Origin: Planctomycetota bacterium
GTDB taxonomy: Bacteria; Planctomycetota; UBA8108; SXIK01
Direction: 5' to 3'
Length of the DNA: 64,000 nt
NCBI GenBank assembly: GCA_965223845.1
Contig: CBDCXR010000004.1
Span: forward strand, 7,360,001-7,424,000
Each line of letters opens with the position of its first letter. The stretch's first letter is position 1. The notes below the pieces were generated by a model. That model ran no database searches. It was not told the origin of the DNA and saw nothing but the letters and a program-made list of their open reading frames with translations. The position numbers and the translations under genes were made by a program. Positions 18,828 through 28,562 of this stretch are shown here, in pieces.

Positions 18828-19738
18828 CCGCCGACCGGTTCTCGATGCGAGTGCGCGTGCCCGCTTCAACCGCGAATCTCGGCTCCGGCTTCGACGTCCT
18901 CGGTCTCGCCGTGCAGATGTACCTCGAGGTCGACGCTCTCCCCGGCGGAAACGCGATCGTCATCGAGAACGAAGGACTCGGTGCCGACGAACTGCCTTCT
19001 GACGCGCGAAACTTGATCTACCGGCTCATCGCCGAGCACGCCGGCGAGTCGATGCCGCGCGGCATCCGCTTGCGGGTGCGGAACGAAATCCCTCTCACGC
19101 GCGGTCTCGGCTCGAGCGCCTCCGCGACGGTTGCCGGAATCGCCATCGGGATGTGGATCCGGAACGGGACTCCGCCCGAGCGGATTCCGGTCCTCGAGGC
19201 AGCGAGTCGCGTCGAGGGCCATCCGGACAATGTCTCCGCATCCGTGTTCGGAGGACTCACGGTCAGCGCCGACGTCGAGGACCAGGTGATCTCGACGAGC
19301 CTTCGCATTCCGCACGGCGTTCGCATCCTCGCGCTCATTCCGGATCGAGAGATCTCGACGCAGAAGGCGCGCGAAGTGCTCCCGGTGCAGATTCCGCGCG
19401 CCGAAGCGGTCCACAACCTGCAACGACTCGGTTTGCTTCTCGCGGGACTCTTTCAGAATCGCCGCGACTTTCTCATCCACGGCGTTGGCGACCAGATCCA
19501 TCAACGCCGCAGGTATTCGCTGCTCCCACCGATGGGCGCGGTCGTCCAGGCGCTCAACGAGCAGCGCGCGTGCCTCGGAGCGTTCGTGAGCGGCGCCGGT
19601 CCGGTGATCGCGGCGTTCACGACCGAGGACGCGGGAAACCGTCTCGGTGAGCTCGGCGTGAGGGAGTTCGATCGGCACGGCGTCGGGTCGGAGTTTCGCT
19701 TGCTCGCGCCGGACTATCTCGGAATCACTTACGGTTGA
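18824..19738 (+). CDS. thrB: Homoserine kinase
   Basis: VPASTANLGSGFD, PLTRGLGSS, EGHPDN, SGAGP. ATGA overlap with thrC. Confidence 0.95.
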   Translation: MTADRFSMRVRVPASTANLGSGFDVLGLAVQMYLEVDALPGGNAIVIENEGLGADELPSDARNLIYRLIAEHAGESMPRGIRLRVRNEIPLTRGLGSSASATVAGIAIGMWIRNGTPPERIPVLEAASRVEGHPDNVSASVFGGLTVSADVEDQVISTSLRIPHGVRILALIPDREISTQKAREVLPVQIPRAEAVHNLQRLGLLLAGLFQNRRDFLIHGVGDQIHQRRRYSLLPPMGAVVQALNEQRACLGAFVSGAGPVIAAFTTEDAGNRLGELGVREFDRHGVGSEFRLLAPDYLGITYG

Positions 19739-19809
19739 CTTCGCGCGCGAGAGCCCGCGAGCTCGTTTTGCGTGCTTGGGGCAGTGCGGAGGAATGACGA
19801 GGCGGACGC

Positions 19810-21141
19810 GTGTCCCAAGAGAACATCGCTGCGAAGCCGATTCTCGTTCAGAAGTACGGCGGGACATCCGTGGCGACGATCGAGCACATTCGCCGGGTCG
19901 CATCGCGCGTTGCCGACGCTCATCGCGAGGATCGCGCCGTCGTCGTGATCGTCTCGGCGATGGGAGAGACGACCGACGAGCTCGTCGCGCTCGCGGGGGA
20001 GGCCGCGGTTCGGCCGTCGCGGCGGGAGATGGACATGCTCCTTCACGCGGGCGAGATCGTCAGCGCATCGCTTCTCGCGATGGCGATCACCGACGCGGGC
20101 GTGCCGGCGATCTCCGTCACCGGGCAGCAAGCGGGAATGCGCACGGACGGCGATCACACCCGCGCGCGGATTCGCGCCGTGCGGGCCGAGCGCGTGCGCG
20201 AAGAGCTCGCGCAAGGGCGAGTCGTCGTGGTCGCCGGATTCCAGGGAGTTACCGACGCGCTCGAGATCACGACGCTCGGACGCGGCGGCTCCGACACGAC
20301 CGCCGTCGCGATGGCGGCCGGTCTCGACGCGGAGTCGTGCGAAATCTTGACCGACGTCGACGGCGTCTACACGGCGGATCCGCGAATCGTTCGGGAGGCG
20401 CGCAGATTGGAGTGGTGCTCGTACGACGAGATGCTCGAGCTCGCGACCCTCGGTGCACGTGTGCTCCATTCGCGTTCCGTCGAGATGGCCCGCCGATTCA
20501 AGGTGCCGCTCGTCGTGGCAACGAGTTTCCGGCGTGCGCCGGGGACGGTGATCGCAGCCGGGACGACAAGATCTTTGGGTGAGGAGCCGGGCGAGGACGG
20601 ACGATCGAGCGGGACCGCGCCCGACGACCGCTCCACTCTAGAGGATTCGAGGACTATGGAACAGGTGTCGCTGCGCGGCCTCGCGCACAAGACGGACGTC
20701 GCGAAGATCGCTCTCGTCGGAGTGCCCGATCGCCCCGGAGTGGCGGGAGACGTGTTTTCCGCGCTAGGCGATGCGGGGATCAACATCTCCCTCGTCGTTC
20801 AAGCCGAGCACCGCGGCGGGACGAACGACATCGCGTTTCTCGTCGGAAGCGAGGCCCTCGCCGATCTGCACCCCAAGCTCGAAGAGCTGCGCGAGAAGAT
20901 CGGCGCCGAAAAGATGCTCGTCGACGAGAACGTCGCCACGGTGTCGATCGTCGGTGAGGGAGTGCAGCGCGAGCCGGGAGTCGCCGCGCGGATGTTTCGA
21001 ACGCTCGGCGGCAATGGCATCAATATCGATCTCATCAGCTCGTCCAATCTCATGCTCACTTGCGTGATTCCAGCCGAGCGCATCGAGGACGCGCTCCGAG
21101 CGCTCCACCGCGAGTTCTTCGAAGGGGAAGCGAATCCTTGA
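19810..21141 (+). CDS. lysC: Aspartate kinase
   Basis: QKYGGTSV, VSAMG, TLGRGGSDTTA, TDVDGVYTADP, two ACT domains. Confidence 0.95.
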   Translation: MSQENIAAKPILVQKYGGTSVATIEHIRRVASRVADAHREDRAVVVIVSAMGETTDELVALAGEAAVRPSRREMDMLLHAGEIVSASLLAMAITDAGVPAISVTGQQAGMRTDGDHTRARIRAVRAERVREELAQGRVVVVAGFQGVTDALEITTLGRGGSDTTAVAMAAGLDAESCEILTDVDGVYTADPRIVREARRLEWCSYDEMLELATLGARVLHSRSVEMARRFKVPLVVATSFRRAPGTVIAAGTTRSLGEEPGEDGRSSGTAPDDRSTLEDSRTMEQVSLRGLAHKTDVAKIALVGVPDRPGVAGDVFSALGDAGINISLVVQAEHRGGTNDIAFLVGSEALADLHPKLEELREKIGAEKMLVDENVATVSIVGEGVQREPGVAARMFRTLGGNGINIDLISSSNLMLTCVIPAERIEDALRALHREFFEGEANP

Positions 21142-21644
21142 ACGAGAACGCCGGGATCTCTCGGTCGAATGCGTCACCACCGAACGAGGTCGCGGCGCGG
21201 ATAGCGCGGGAGCTTCGCACGGATAGCCGCGAAAAGGCCGAGCGGTTCCGAACGATCGATGAATCGTCCGCGCGTGAACCGCGCGCGGCGGGCAAGTGGT
21301 CCCGGTGCGAGATCCTCGGGCATCTCATCGATTCCGCCGTCAACAACCATCACCGATTTGTCCGCGCGCAGCTCGCGAGCGAACTCCGCTTTCCGAAGTA
21401 CGAACAAGATGAGTGGGTGCGCGTGCAAGCGTACCGACGCGCCGAATGGTCCGCTCTCGTCGATCTTTGGGAGCGCTACAACGAGCAATTGGCGTGGGTG
21501 ATCGCGCAGATTCCCGTCGAGGCGATGTCGACCGTTTGCTTCATCGGCGAGTACGAGCCCGTGTCGCTCGAGTTTCTTCTCACCGATTACGTCGATCACT
21601 TGCGGCACCACGCCGCCCAGATCCTCGATGAGAGCTCGGACTGA
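21138..21644 (+). CDS. DinB family protein
   Basis: GKWS..EILGHLIDS..NN..RFVRAQ...DYVDHLRHH. Confidence 0.85.
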   Translation: MNENAGISRSNASPPNEVAARIARELRTDSREKAERFRTIDESSAREPRAAGKWSRCEILGHLIDSAVNNHHRFVRAQLASELRFPKYEQDEWVRVQAYRRAEWSALVDLWERYNEQLAWVIAQIPVEAMSTVCFIGEYEPVSLEFLLTDYVDHLRHHAAQILDESSD

Positions 21645-21850
21645 ACTAGACGCAGAGCTCGATCCGGAGAGAACTCCGCGCGAAGTCAGCTCGCGAGTTC
21701 GATGCACGCGTCGGCGGCCAGTTTCGAAAGCTCATCGCTGCTAATAGCCAGCGGGAGCGGGAACGTGCAGTCGTCGAAGCGCGACCCGCGAATGGACTCC
21801 CCGGCGTCGAGCGAGAGGCCGAGGTTCGGCGATGAATCCTCTCCGTCGGC

Positions 21851-21899
21851 AAAAAAATGCCACCGCGGAGATGGGTGGACGGAGGTTCTCCGCGGTGGC
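21851..21899 (-). terminator. Rho-independent terminator downstream of lexA
   Basis: 13-bp stem GCCACCGCGGAGA/TCTCCGCGGTGGC followed by U7. Confidence 0.8.
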
Positions 21900-21973
21900 G
21901 TGCGACTTCAGCGAAAAGCCGCGGTTGAAGAGGAAGTAGGTGTTTCGTCTTAAAACTGGGTCGACGCGCGCCC

Positions 21974-22882
21974 CTATGCGAGCTCGAGCTGCCCCCGCAC
22001 CAGGCCGACGTACTTTCCGATCACGATCACGTCGCGCCCTTCGCTCTCGTCGATCTCGATCGGAGCGAAGCGCTCGTTCTCGGGACGAAGCGAAACGGTG
22101 GTGCTCCCGGCGCCGCGATGGGTATGCCAGCGCTTCAGCGTTCCTTCGCCGTCGATGATGACGGCGGCGATCTCGCCCTCCTCGACGGAGTTCTGCCGAC
22201 GGATGATCGCGTAGTCACCGTCGAGGATGCCCGCGTCGATCATGCTGTCGCCTTCGACCTTGAGCGCGATCACATCGCCGCTGTCACAAAACATGCGCGG
22301 ATCGATGCCGAGCGAGACCGTGTCCGGTGGGGGACTTTCGGCTGTCGCGACGGCCTCGGCGAAGCTCTCCGACGTGAATCCGTCGGCGTAGCTTTCAAAC
22401 GGCTGACCAGCCGCGATCGCACCGACGATCGGAACGGGGGACGCCATCGGCCGGAGAGCGAAAAGCTTGAGCCCCGGGTTCCCACTCGCGCCGGAGGGCG
22501 GCCTCGACTGCGCGAACGATGACGCCCAGCGCGCGACCTCCGGAAGATGCGACTGAAGGACGGTCGATCGATCGCCTTCCGCCGGACGGAGCTCGTCGCC
22601 GCCATCGTGAGCACTGTCCTGAGCGCCGTCGGAGACCGCCGCATCGAGCGCTCGCTCGAGGAGCTCCGGATCGGCGATGCGAATCCCCCGGCTCTTACCG
22701 CTATGGCTGATCAGGCCGGCGTTCTCGAGCACGCGGAGATGCTTGAGCACCGTCGCCGGGGAGCGCAGTCCGACGAGCGCGCCGACTTCGCGTACGGTCG
22801 GGATCTCGCCCTTCTGCATGAGGAACAAGATCGCCTCGAGAATCGTACGCTGCTTCTTGGTCAGAGGGCGTTCGGGAGGCAT
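21974..22882 (-). CDS. lexA: SOS repressor LexA with a long interdomain linker
   Basis: LT.KQ..IL, PTVRE..., SPATV..HL..LE..G wHTH; Ala-Gly cleavage site IAAGQP; catalytic VEGDSM and TLKR. Confidence 0.93.
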   Translation of the reverse strand: MPPERPLTKKQRTILEAILFLMQKGEIPTVREVGALVGLRSPATVLKHLRVLENAGLISHSGKSRGIRIADPELLERALDAAVSDGAQDSAHDGGDELRPAEGDRSTVLQSHLPEVARWASSFAQSRPPSGASGNPGLKLFALRPMASPVPIVGAIAAGQPFESYADGFTSESFAEAVATAESPPPDTVSLGIDPRMFCDSGDVIALKVEGDSMIDAGILDGDYAIIRRQNSVEEGEIAAVIIDGEGTLKRWHTHRGAGSTTVSLRPENERFAPIEIDESEGRDVIVIGKYVGLVRGQLELA

Positions 22883-22992
22883 GAGATTCCCTTCACGAAT
22901 GTCGGAGAGACGGGCGGGTGGATCTTCTGAGCCGAGCTCACGATCCCCCCGTCCCTCCCCGTTCGAGCTTCTTTTCCGCGGGGCGACGAGGG

Positions 22993-23056
22993 CGAACAAT
23001 CGTTCGGCGAACGCTTGTTCGCTTTCATGCCGAGGAGTATAGCGAACGGATGTTCG
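22993..23056. promoter_or_regulatory. Three LexA boxes CGAAC-N4-GTTCG around the lexA -10 element
   Basis: Boxes at 22993-23006, 23008-23021 and 23043-23056. TATACT -10 on the minus strand at 23041-23036. Confidence 0.85.
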
Positions 23057-23186
23057 CCCATCTACCCCTAAACTCGAAAAGTTTTATGTTCCCATAACCA
23101 TGGGAAATGTGACTTGCGCCAACGCGTCCGTCGCGGCCGAAATCAGGGGGGCGGAGATCACCCCGAACGAGCCGAACGATGACGGT

Positions 23187-23621
23187 ATGACGCTTCGCAT
23201 CCCCGCCCGCCTCCGCGGGTTCACGCTGATCGAGCTCATGATCGTGATCGCGATCATCGCCATCATCGCGGCGATCGCGATTCCGAGCCTGTTGAACGCC
23301 CGCAAGTCGGCGATCGAGACCCAGGCGATCGGTCTCTGCCGGACGGCAGTGACGGTGAGCGAACAGTACCGGACGCGCTTCGGTCGCTACCCGAGCAGCG
23401 CGGTCGACCTCGGCATGACGGGGTACGTGCCGAACTGGGGACCGGGATTCCTCGACGAGTACGTCATCGACTACCTGCCGAGCGCGGGAACGTGGACGCT
23501 CACTCTGATCCCGGTGCAGTTTGGGGTCACCGCCGATCGATCGTTTTACGTCGACGCCACCGGAGTGATCCGCGTGAGCGCGTCCGGAGCCGCGACATCG
23601 ACGAGCACGCCGCTCGAGTGA
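23187..23621 (+). CDS. Type IV pilin-like protein (prepilin N-methylation site)
   Basis: RG/FTLIELMIVIAIIAIIAAIAIP. Confidence 0.9.
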   Translation: MTLRIPARLRGFTLIELMIVIAIIAIIAAIAIPSLLNARKSAIETQAIGLCRTAVTVSEQYRTRFGRYPSSAVDLGMTGYVPNWGPGFLDEYVIDYLPSAGTWTLTLIPVQFGVTADRSFYVDATGVIRVSASGAATSTSTPLE

Positions 23622-23886
23622 CGCGCTCCCCGTTCGTCTGATCCCCCGAGACCGGCGCTGGATTCGATCTCGTAAGTCGGGCAGACTACGCGAAGGCTCT
23701 CGAAACTCGTTCTGAGCGCCGCGACGGTCCGGCCGACGACGAATCCGAGCTGGGGCACCTCGGCAGCGCTCGACGTCCCTTCCGACTCGACGGACACACA
23801 TCCGCGGCGAACGCGCCGCACTTTCGCGGGGCGGAACCGACCGACGACCGCGTGGGTCTCGGTGCATTCACGATGGGGGAAAGACT

Positions 23887-26163
23887 ATGCACACGTGGTC
23901 GACGACGGCGCCGCCGTCCATGCACGATTCGTTCTCTCCTCGCGGCCGGGCCATAGCTCGAGAATCCCTTCGAGTCGTCTTCGCCGGCGTGTTGCTAACG
24001 AGTTCTCTGTTGCCGTTCATGCGAGCCGTCGCGGCACCTTCGCCAGAGGGCGATACCACCGTCCGGTTCGACGTCGAACAACACCTTCCTCCGGTTCGGT
24101 TCTATCTTCGATTCACCGACATTTCGTCGCTTCGCGCGGGGTTCCAGGAAACCGCGCTCTATCAGATCCTCACGCGCGACGACGTCCAGGAAGCGTTCGC
24201 CCAACCACTCGCCGAGATGCGAGCCGGACTCGCCGAAGCGGAGCCTGCGTTCTTGGCTTGGACCGGAAAGAAGCCGCTCGAGATTCTCGATCTCTTTCGC
24301 GGAGAGTTCCTCGTCGCGGTCGGCGAAATGACACCGATGGGGATTCCGGAGCTTTGCTTCGCGATCGAGCTCGGCGCGCAAAAGGCGGAGATCCGGAAGC
24401 TCGTGCGTCACGCGGCGGGAATGCTCGAGCAGGCGCTCGGCGTCGAGCTTCAGAAGTACGGCTCGGGCGCGGAAGAAGCGATGATCTGGCCGACGCCGGC
24501 GGGCGCGGTGTTCGAGAAGGACTTCGGATCGCACCTAGTCTTCACCAACTCGGCTCGCTTCTTCGGCGAGGTGTCGGGACGCTACTTCGGGAAGTCGACG
24601 GGTGAGAGCTTCGGCGGTTCTCCTCTTCGTGCGACCGTTCAGAAGGGCGCGCCCGTCAAATCGCCGCACGTCGAGCTCGGGCTCGATCTCGCGTGGCTGA
24701 ATCAGGTGATCGCGCCGTTCGTCGGGGCGGGGGAAGAGGCGCGGTGGATGCAGTTTCTTGGCGTCCACGATCTCAGCGTCTTCGGGGCCGCCCTGAGACT
24801 GACGGGCGGGATGGCCGATCGCGGCTACGTCATTCAGTCCTCGCGCGCGAATCGTGGAATCCTCGGCATTCTCGGATCAGAGTTGAAGCCCGTCGGTGCC
24901 ACGGCGAGGGAATTCACTCACGTTCCGCCGAACGCGCTCTCGCTCGGCGGCCTGAGGATCGACGTCGACCCGATCGTCGCTCGGGCGAAGACCCTCGCCG
25001 AAGAACTCGGCCTCGCGCAAGCGGCGCAGGGACTCGCGAACCTGCCACGGCTCGGGGAGTTTTCGCTGCGAACGGCTTCGGTTCCCGATCCGGACCAGCC
25101 CGGGAACGCGATCGATTGCTACTTCATGGATACGGCGATGTTTCGCCGGGTTCTTCCGCTCGTGGAACAATTCGTTCCGCTCATTCGCGAGAAAGACGAG
25201 GGAGGGACGGAACTCGTCCTTCTCGACTTCGAGCAGTTCGACGCCTCGCTCTCGGGAACGGGATTCGTGGGGACCGATTTGGGCGATGGGACATCGGTGG
25301 TCGCTGGGAGTCGCACGATCCTCGACTCGATTCTCGAGCACCGCACGAAAGCACGCCGCAAGCCGGATGAGCGCCTCGGTCGGGATGCGATGCGGCTCCT
25401 TTCCCGGGCGCCGTTCGCGTCGACTGGGATCGATCGTGGACAGGCGCTCGCCGCGCTCCGTGCGCGGTTCGACACACCCGACGTGCGACAAGGACTGGGA
25501 TCGATGGGTGTAAATACCGAATTGCTACCGTCGATCGACGAACTTGAGCTTCCGCCCGTTCGCTACTTCACCGGTGCGATCGCGAGACCCGATCGACTTC
25601 GACTGAGGGCGCGCTCGCGGATCGTCTCGGTGTACGCGGCCGATCTGTTTACTCCGGTATTCGTCGGAGTGGGCGTGCTCGTGCCGTCGCTCAGTGCCGG
25701 ACGTGAGGAGGCGTTCAAGGTCGCGTGCAGTTCGAATCTGAAACACATCTACGCCGTGTCATTGCTCTACGCCCTTAGGACTAAGACCGACCGCTTCCCT
25801 CACGATCCAGCGGGTAGTCTCGCCTCCATCCAAAAGCTGGTTGATTACTTTCCTGAAGATTTTCAACCCAAGACGTTCATCTGTCCCGCCGCTAGTCACG
25901 AACCGGTGCACTTTGCCGAGGATGGTGCATTCAAGTTGACACGGGAGGCGTGTAGCTACGAGATGGTTCCGTGGCAGATGAAAGCGACCACGCCGAACTC
26001 ACCACTCATGTACGACCGCCATCCCCACCACGACGGCGGGCGAATGGTGCTCTATTCGGATGGCAGCGTGATCCACCGAGACGAAGCGACGTTCCAAGCA
26101 CAGCTCGCCGAGGCGCGAAAGCGTTTCGAAGGCAAGGAGGATGGCAAGGACGCCGGAGAGTAG
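23887..26163 (+). CDS. Large exported hypothetical protein with a C-terminal DUF1559/H-X9-DG-like domain
   Basis: Hydrophobic N-terminal segment. C-terminal CSSNLKHI...FICP...HDGGRMVLYSDGSV. Start uncertain. Confidence 0.7.
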   Translation: MHTWSTTAPPSMHDSFSPRGRAIARESLRVVFAGVLLTSSLLPFMRAVAAPSPEGDTTVRFDVEQHLPPVRFYLRFTDISSLRAGFQETALYQILTRDDVQEAFAQPLAEMRAGLAEAEPAFLAWTGKKPLEILDLFRGEFLVAVGEMTPMGIPELCFAIELGAQKAEIRKLVRHAAGMLEQALGVELQKYGSGAEEAMIWPTPAGAVFEKDFGSHLVFTNSARFFGEVSGRYFGKSTGESFGGSPLRATVQKGAPVKSPHVELGLDLAWLNQVIAPFVGAGEEARWMQFLGVHDLSVFGAALRLTGGMADRGYVIQSSRANRGILGILGSELKPVGATAREFTHVPPNALSLGGLRIDVDPIVARAKTLAEELGLAQAAQGLANLPRLGEFSLRTASVPDPDQPGNAIDCYFMDTAMFRRVLPLVEQFVPLIREKDEGGTELVLLDFEQFDASLSGTGFVGTDLGDGTSVVAGSRTILDSILEHRTKARRKPDERLGRDAMRLLSRAPFASTGIDRGQALAALRARFDTPDVRQGLGSMGVNTELLPSIDELELPPVRYFTGAIARPDRLRLRARSRIVSVYAADLFTPVFVGVGVLVPSLSAGREEAFKVACSSNLKHIYAVSLLYALRTKTDRFPHDPAGSLASIQKLVDYFPEDFQPKTFICPAASHEPVHFAEDGAFKLTREACSYEMVPWQMKATTPNSPLMYDRHPHHDGGRMVLYSDGSVIHRDEATFQAQLAEARKRFEGKEDGKDAGE

Positions 26164-26185
26164 CCGGCGACCACGCGCTCGATTC

Positions 26186-27265
26186 TCAAACCGAGAACCG
26201 AAACTCGATCACGTCCCCGTCCTTCACCTCGTACTCCTTCCCCTCGAGGCGATAGACTCCCGCCTCTTTCGCGCCTTTGGTCCCACCGTTTGCGACGTAG
26301 TCGTCGTAGGCGACGACTTCGGCTCGGATGAACCCGCGCTCGATGTCCGTGTGGATCTCGCCCGCGGCTTCCGGCGCCGGCGTCCCCGCTTTGATCGTCC
26401 ACGCGCGCACCTCGTCTTCTCCCGTCGTGAAGAAGCTACGCGCGCCCGCGGCGCGGTAGGCGGCGGCGATGAGCTCGTCGCGGTGAAACGTCTCGATGCC
26501 GTACTCCTCGAGGAAGTCGGCGCGCTCCTCCTCCGGGAGCTCGAGCACGTCGGCCTCGTTGCGCGCCGGAATGACGAGGATTTCTTCGGCCTCGAGTGCG
26601 CGTAGCGACGCGAGCGATTCGTCCGAGCCGATCGCGCCGTCGTTCGTTCCGTCGGTGTTGATGACGGTCACGAATGGCTTGGCGCTCAGGAATCCGAATC
26701 CGCTGAGGAGTTTCGACGCCGCGGCGGTGAACTCGAACGTCGAGAGTCCTCTCTCCGCCTCGAGGTGAGCGTGGACTCGCTTCTGCACTTCGAGCTCTTT
26801 CTTCTCCTCGTCGCTAAAGCGTGGCTTCCGGGCCTTCTCCTCGAGCTTTTCGATCCGCTTCTCGACGATGACGAGGTCGGTGAGGATCAGCTCGCCGCGA
26901 ACCTCGGCGAGCTCCGCCGCCGGGTCGATCTGGTCACCGCCGGGCACGGCGGGATTCGCGAACGCGCGGAGGACGACGATGAGCGCGTGTGCCTCGCGTG
27001 CGGGCGCGAGAAGATCGGCGAGGCCACTTCGATCCTGGCCTTCCTTCTGTACCGCCGGGAAGTCGAGCACGTCGACCGCGGCCGGCGTGTACTTCTTCGG
27101 CTGGTAATCGTCGCGTAGCCGCTCGAGACGAGGATCGCGAACGTTCACGCGCCGGAGCTGCGGTTTATTTCCCGCTCGGTAGTCCGGCGGGCCGAAGTGT
27201 TCGGTGATCAGTTGGAAGACCGTCGTCTTCCCGCTTCCTGGAAGTCCGATGATGCCGACTTTCAT
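26186..27265 (-). CDS. ychF: Redox-regulated ATPase YchF
   Basis: MKVGIIGLPGSGKTT, FFTTGEDEVRAWT, IHTDIERGFIRAEV, EGKEYEVKDGD. Confidence 0.93.
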   Translation of the reverse strand: MKVGIIGLPGSGKTTVFQLITEHFGPPDYRAGNKPQLRRVNVRDPRLERLRDDYQPKKYTPAAVDVLDFPAVQKEGQDRSGLADLLAPAREAHALIVVLRAFANPAVPGGDQIDPAAELAEVRGELILTDLVIVEKRIEKLEEKARKPRFSDEEKKELEVQKRVHAHLEAERGLSTFEFTAAASKLLSGFGFLSAKPFVTVINTDGTNDGAIGSDESLASLRALEAEEILVIPARNEADVLELPEEERADFLEEYGIETFHRDELIAAAYRAAGARSFFTTGEDEVRAWTIKAGTPAPEAAGEIHTDIERGFIRAEVVAYDDYVANGGTKGAKEAGVYRLEGKEYEVKDGDVIEFRFSV

Positions 27266-27538
27266 CGCGAAGCCTGAAGGTTGGAGCGGCTGTTGGGTGC
27301 GAAGAGCGCGCGTCGGCGACCGGCCGAACGCGGAGCGGAGTCTATCGCACGGCGCGAGCACGCTCAATCCGCCGTCGTGAACGGTCCGTTCCGAGTGCGT
27401 CGTTGCGACGCGAATTCTCTTGCGAGGTCACGCGCGAGTTCGGTTGGATGGACGCCCTTTTTCCGTCCCGCGGAGCGACGTCCCCGGCGTGCTCCGCCCT
27501 TCGAGCTGCGACCGAAATCCTCTCTAGGAGCGAACCCC

Positions 27539-28303
27539 GTGTCCCGCAACTACGTCACCCGCCGCGAGTACGACGCTTGGATCGCCGAGTGCACCGCCCT
27601 CGCGATCGCCTGCGGTTACCCCGTCCAAGACGACATGATCAACGACAACACGGGGCTCGTGTTCGGCGAGGATCAGTACGGGGCGTTCGAAAACGGAATC
27701 TGGTCGCGGGAACCGTACGAAGTCTTCGCGATCTTCCAGGCTCTCAACGAGCCGGCGATCGACGGACTCCCCGAGAGCGGTCTCGAGTACGCTCAATTCG
27801 GCGGGCTCTGCGACAAGCTGATGATCGTCCATCCCGGGAAGTTCTGCAGTCCGCACCTCCACTGGCGGAAGACGGAGTTCTACGAAGTCGTCCTCGGCGA
27901 GATGGACCTTTTCTATGCGCGCGAGATCATGGACGACGAACGCCTCGGGGTGAAGAAGGCGGGACTCATCGACCAAGGGCCGATGCCGGCGGGCGAGAAA
28001 CGCCCGGATCGCGTCGTGCTTCCGAAGGGGCGCGAGCACACCTACGATCAGCTCACCGAATACCGTCAACTACGGCCCGGCGACGCCAAATTCGTGATGC
28101 ACCGAAAGCATCTCCACGCGTTCGGATGTCCAGCGGATGCGAAGACGCCGGTCGTCATTCGCGAGGGTTCCGCGTACAGCCACGAACCCACGGCGAGCGG
28201 GAAGTCGACACTGCTCTCCGATTGGCAGCACATTCACGACAACGGATTCCTTCTCGACGGGCTCGACGAGGGACGGCTGAAGAACAACATCCGCGAGGGG
28301 TGA
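27539..28303 (+). CDS. Cupin, D-lyxose/D-mannose isomerase-like
   Basis: CDKLMIVHPGKFCSPHLHWRKTE and a later HAF metal-binding motif. Confidence 0.6.
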   Translation: MSRNYVTRREYDAWIAECTALAIACGYPVQDDMINDNTGLVFGEDQYGAFENGIWSREPYEVFAIFQALNEPAIDGLPESGLEYAQFGGLCDKLMIVHPGKFCSPHLHWRKTEFYEVVLGEMDLFYAREIMDDERLGVKKAGLIDQGPMPAGEKRPDRVVLPKGREHTYDQLTEYRQLRPGDAKFVMHRKHLHAFGCPADAKTPVVIREGSAYSHEPTASGKSTLLSDWQHIHDNGFLLDGLDEGRLKNNIREG

Positions 28304-28336
28304 TCCTCGGGTTCGGCGCGGAGCTAGAGGAAGGAT

Positions 28337-28562
28337 TCACCACGAAGGGCACGAAGGACACGAAGGGAAGAGGATGAGAGCTAGAAATGAGAGGATGTAT
28401 GACGGCGCGGCCGTCGGACACCTTTGATTCGTCGTCCGCGGCCTCGTGATTTGTCGTTCGCGGCCTCGATCTCGGCGACGCTCTTGATCCACGCGCCCTG
28501 ATCCTTATCTCTCTATCTCTCTTCTTCTCTTCCCTTCGTGTCCTTCGTGCCCTTCGTGGTGA
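28337..28562. repeat. Miniature element with a perfect 36-bp inverted repeat built of 9-nt CACGAAGGR units
   Basis: 28337-28372 TCACCACGAAGGGCACGAAGGACACGAAGGGAAGAG is the exact reverse complement of 28527-28562. Confidence 0.85.
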
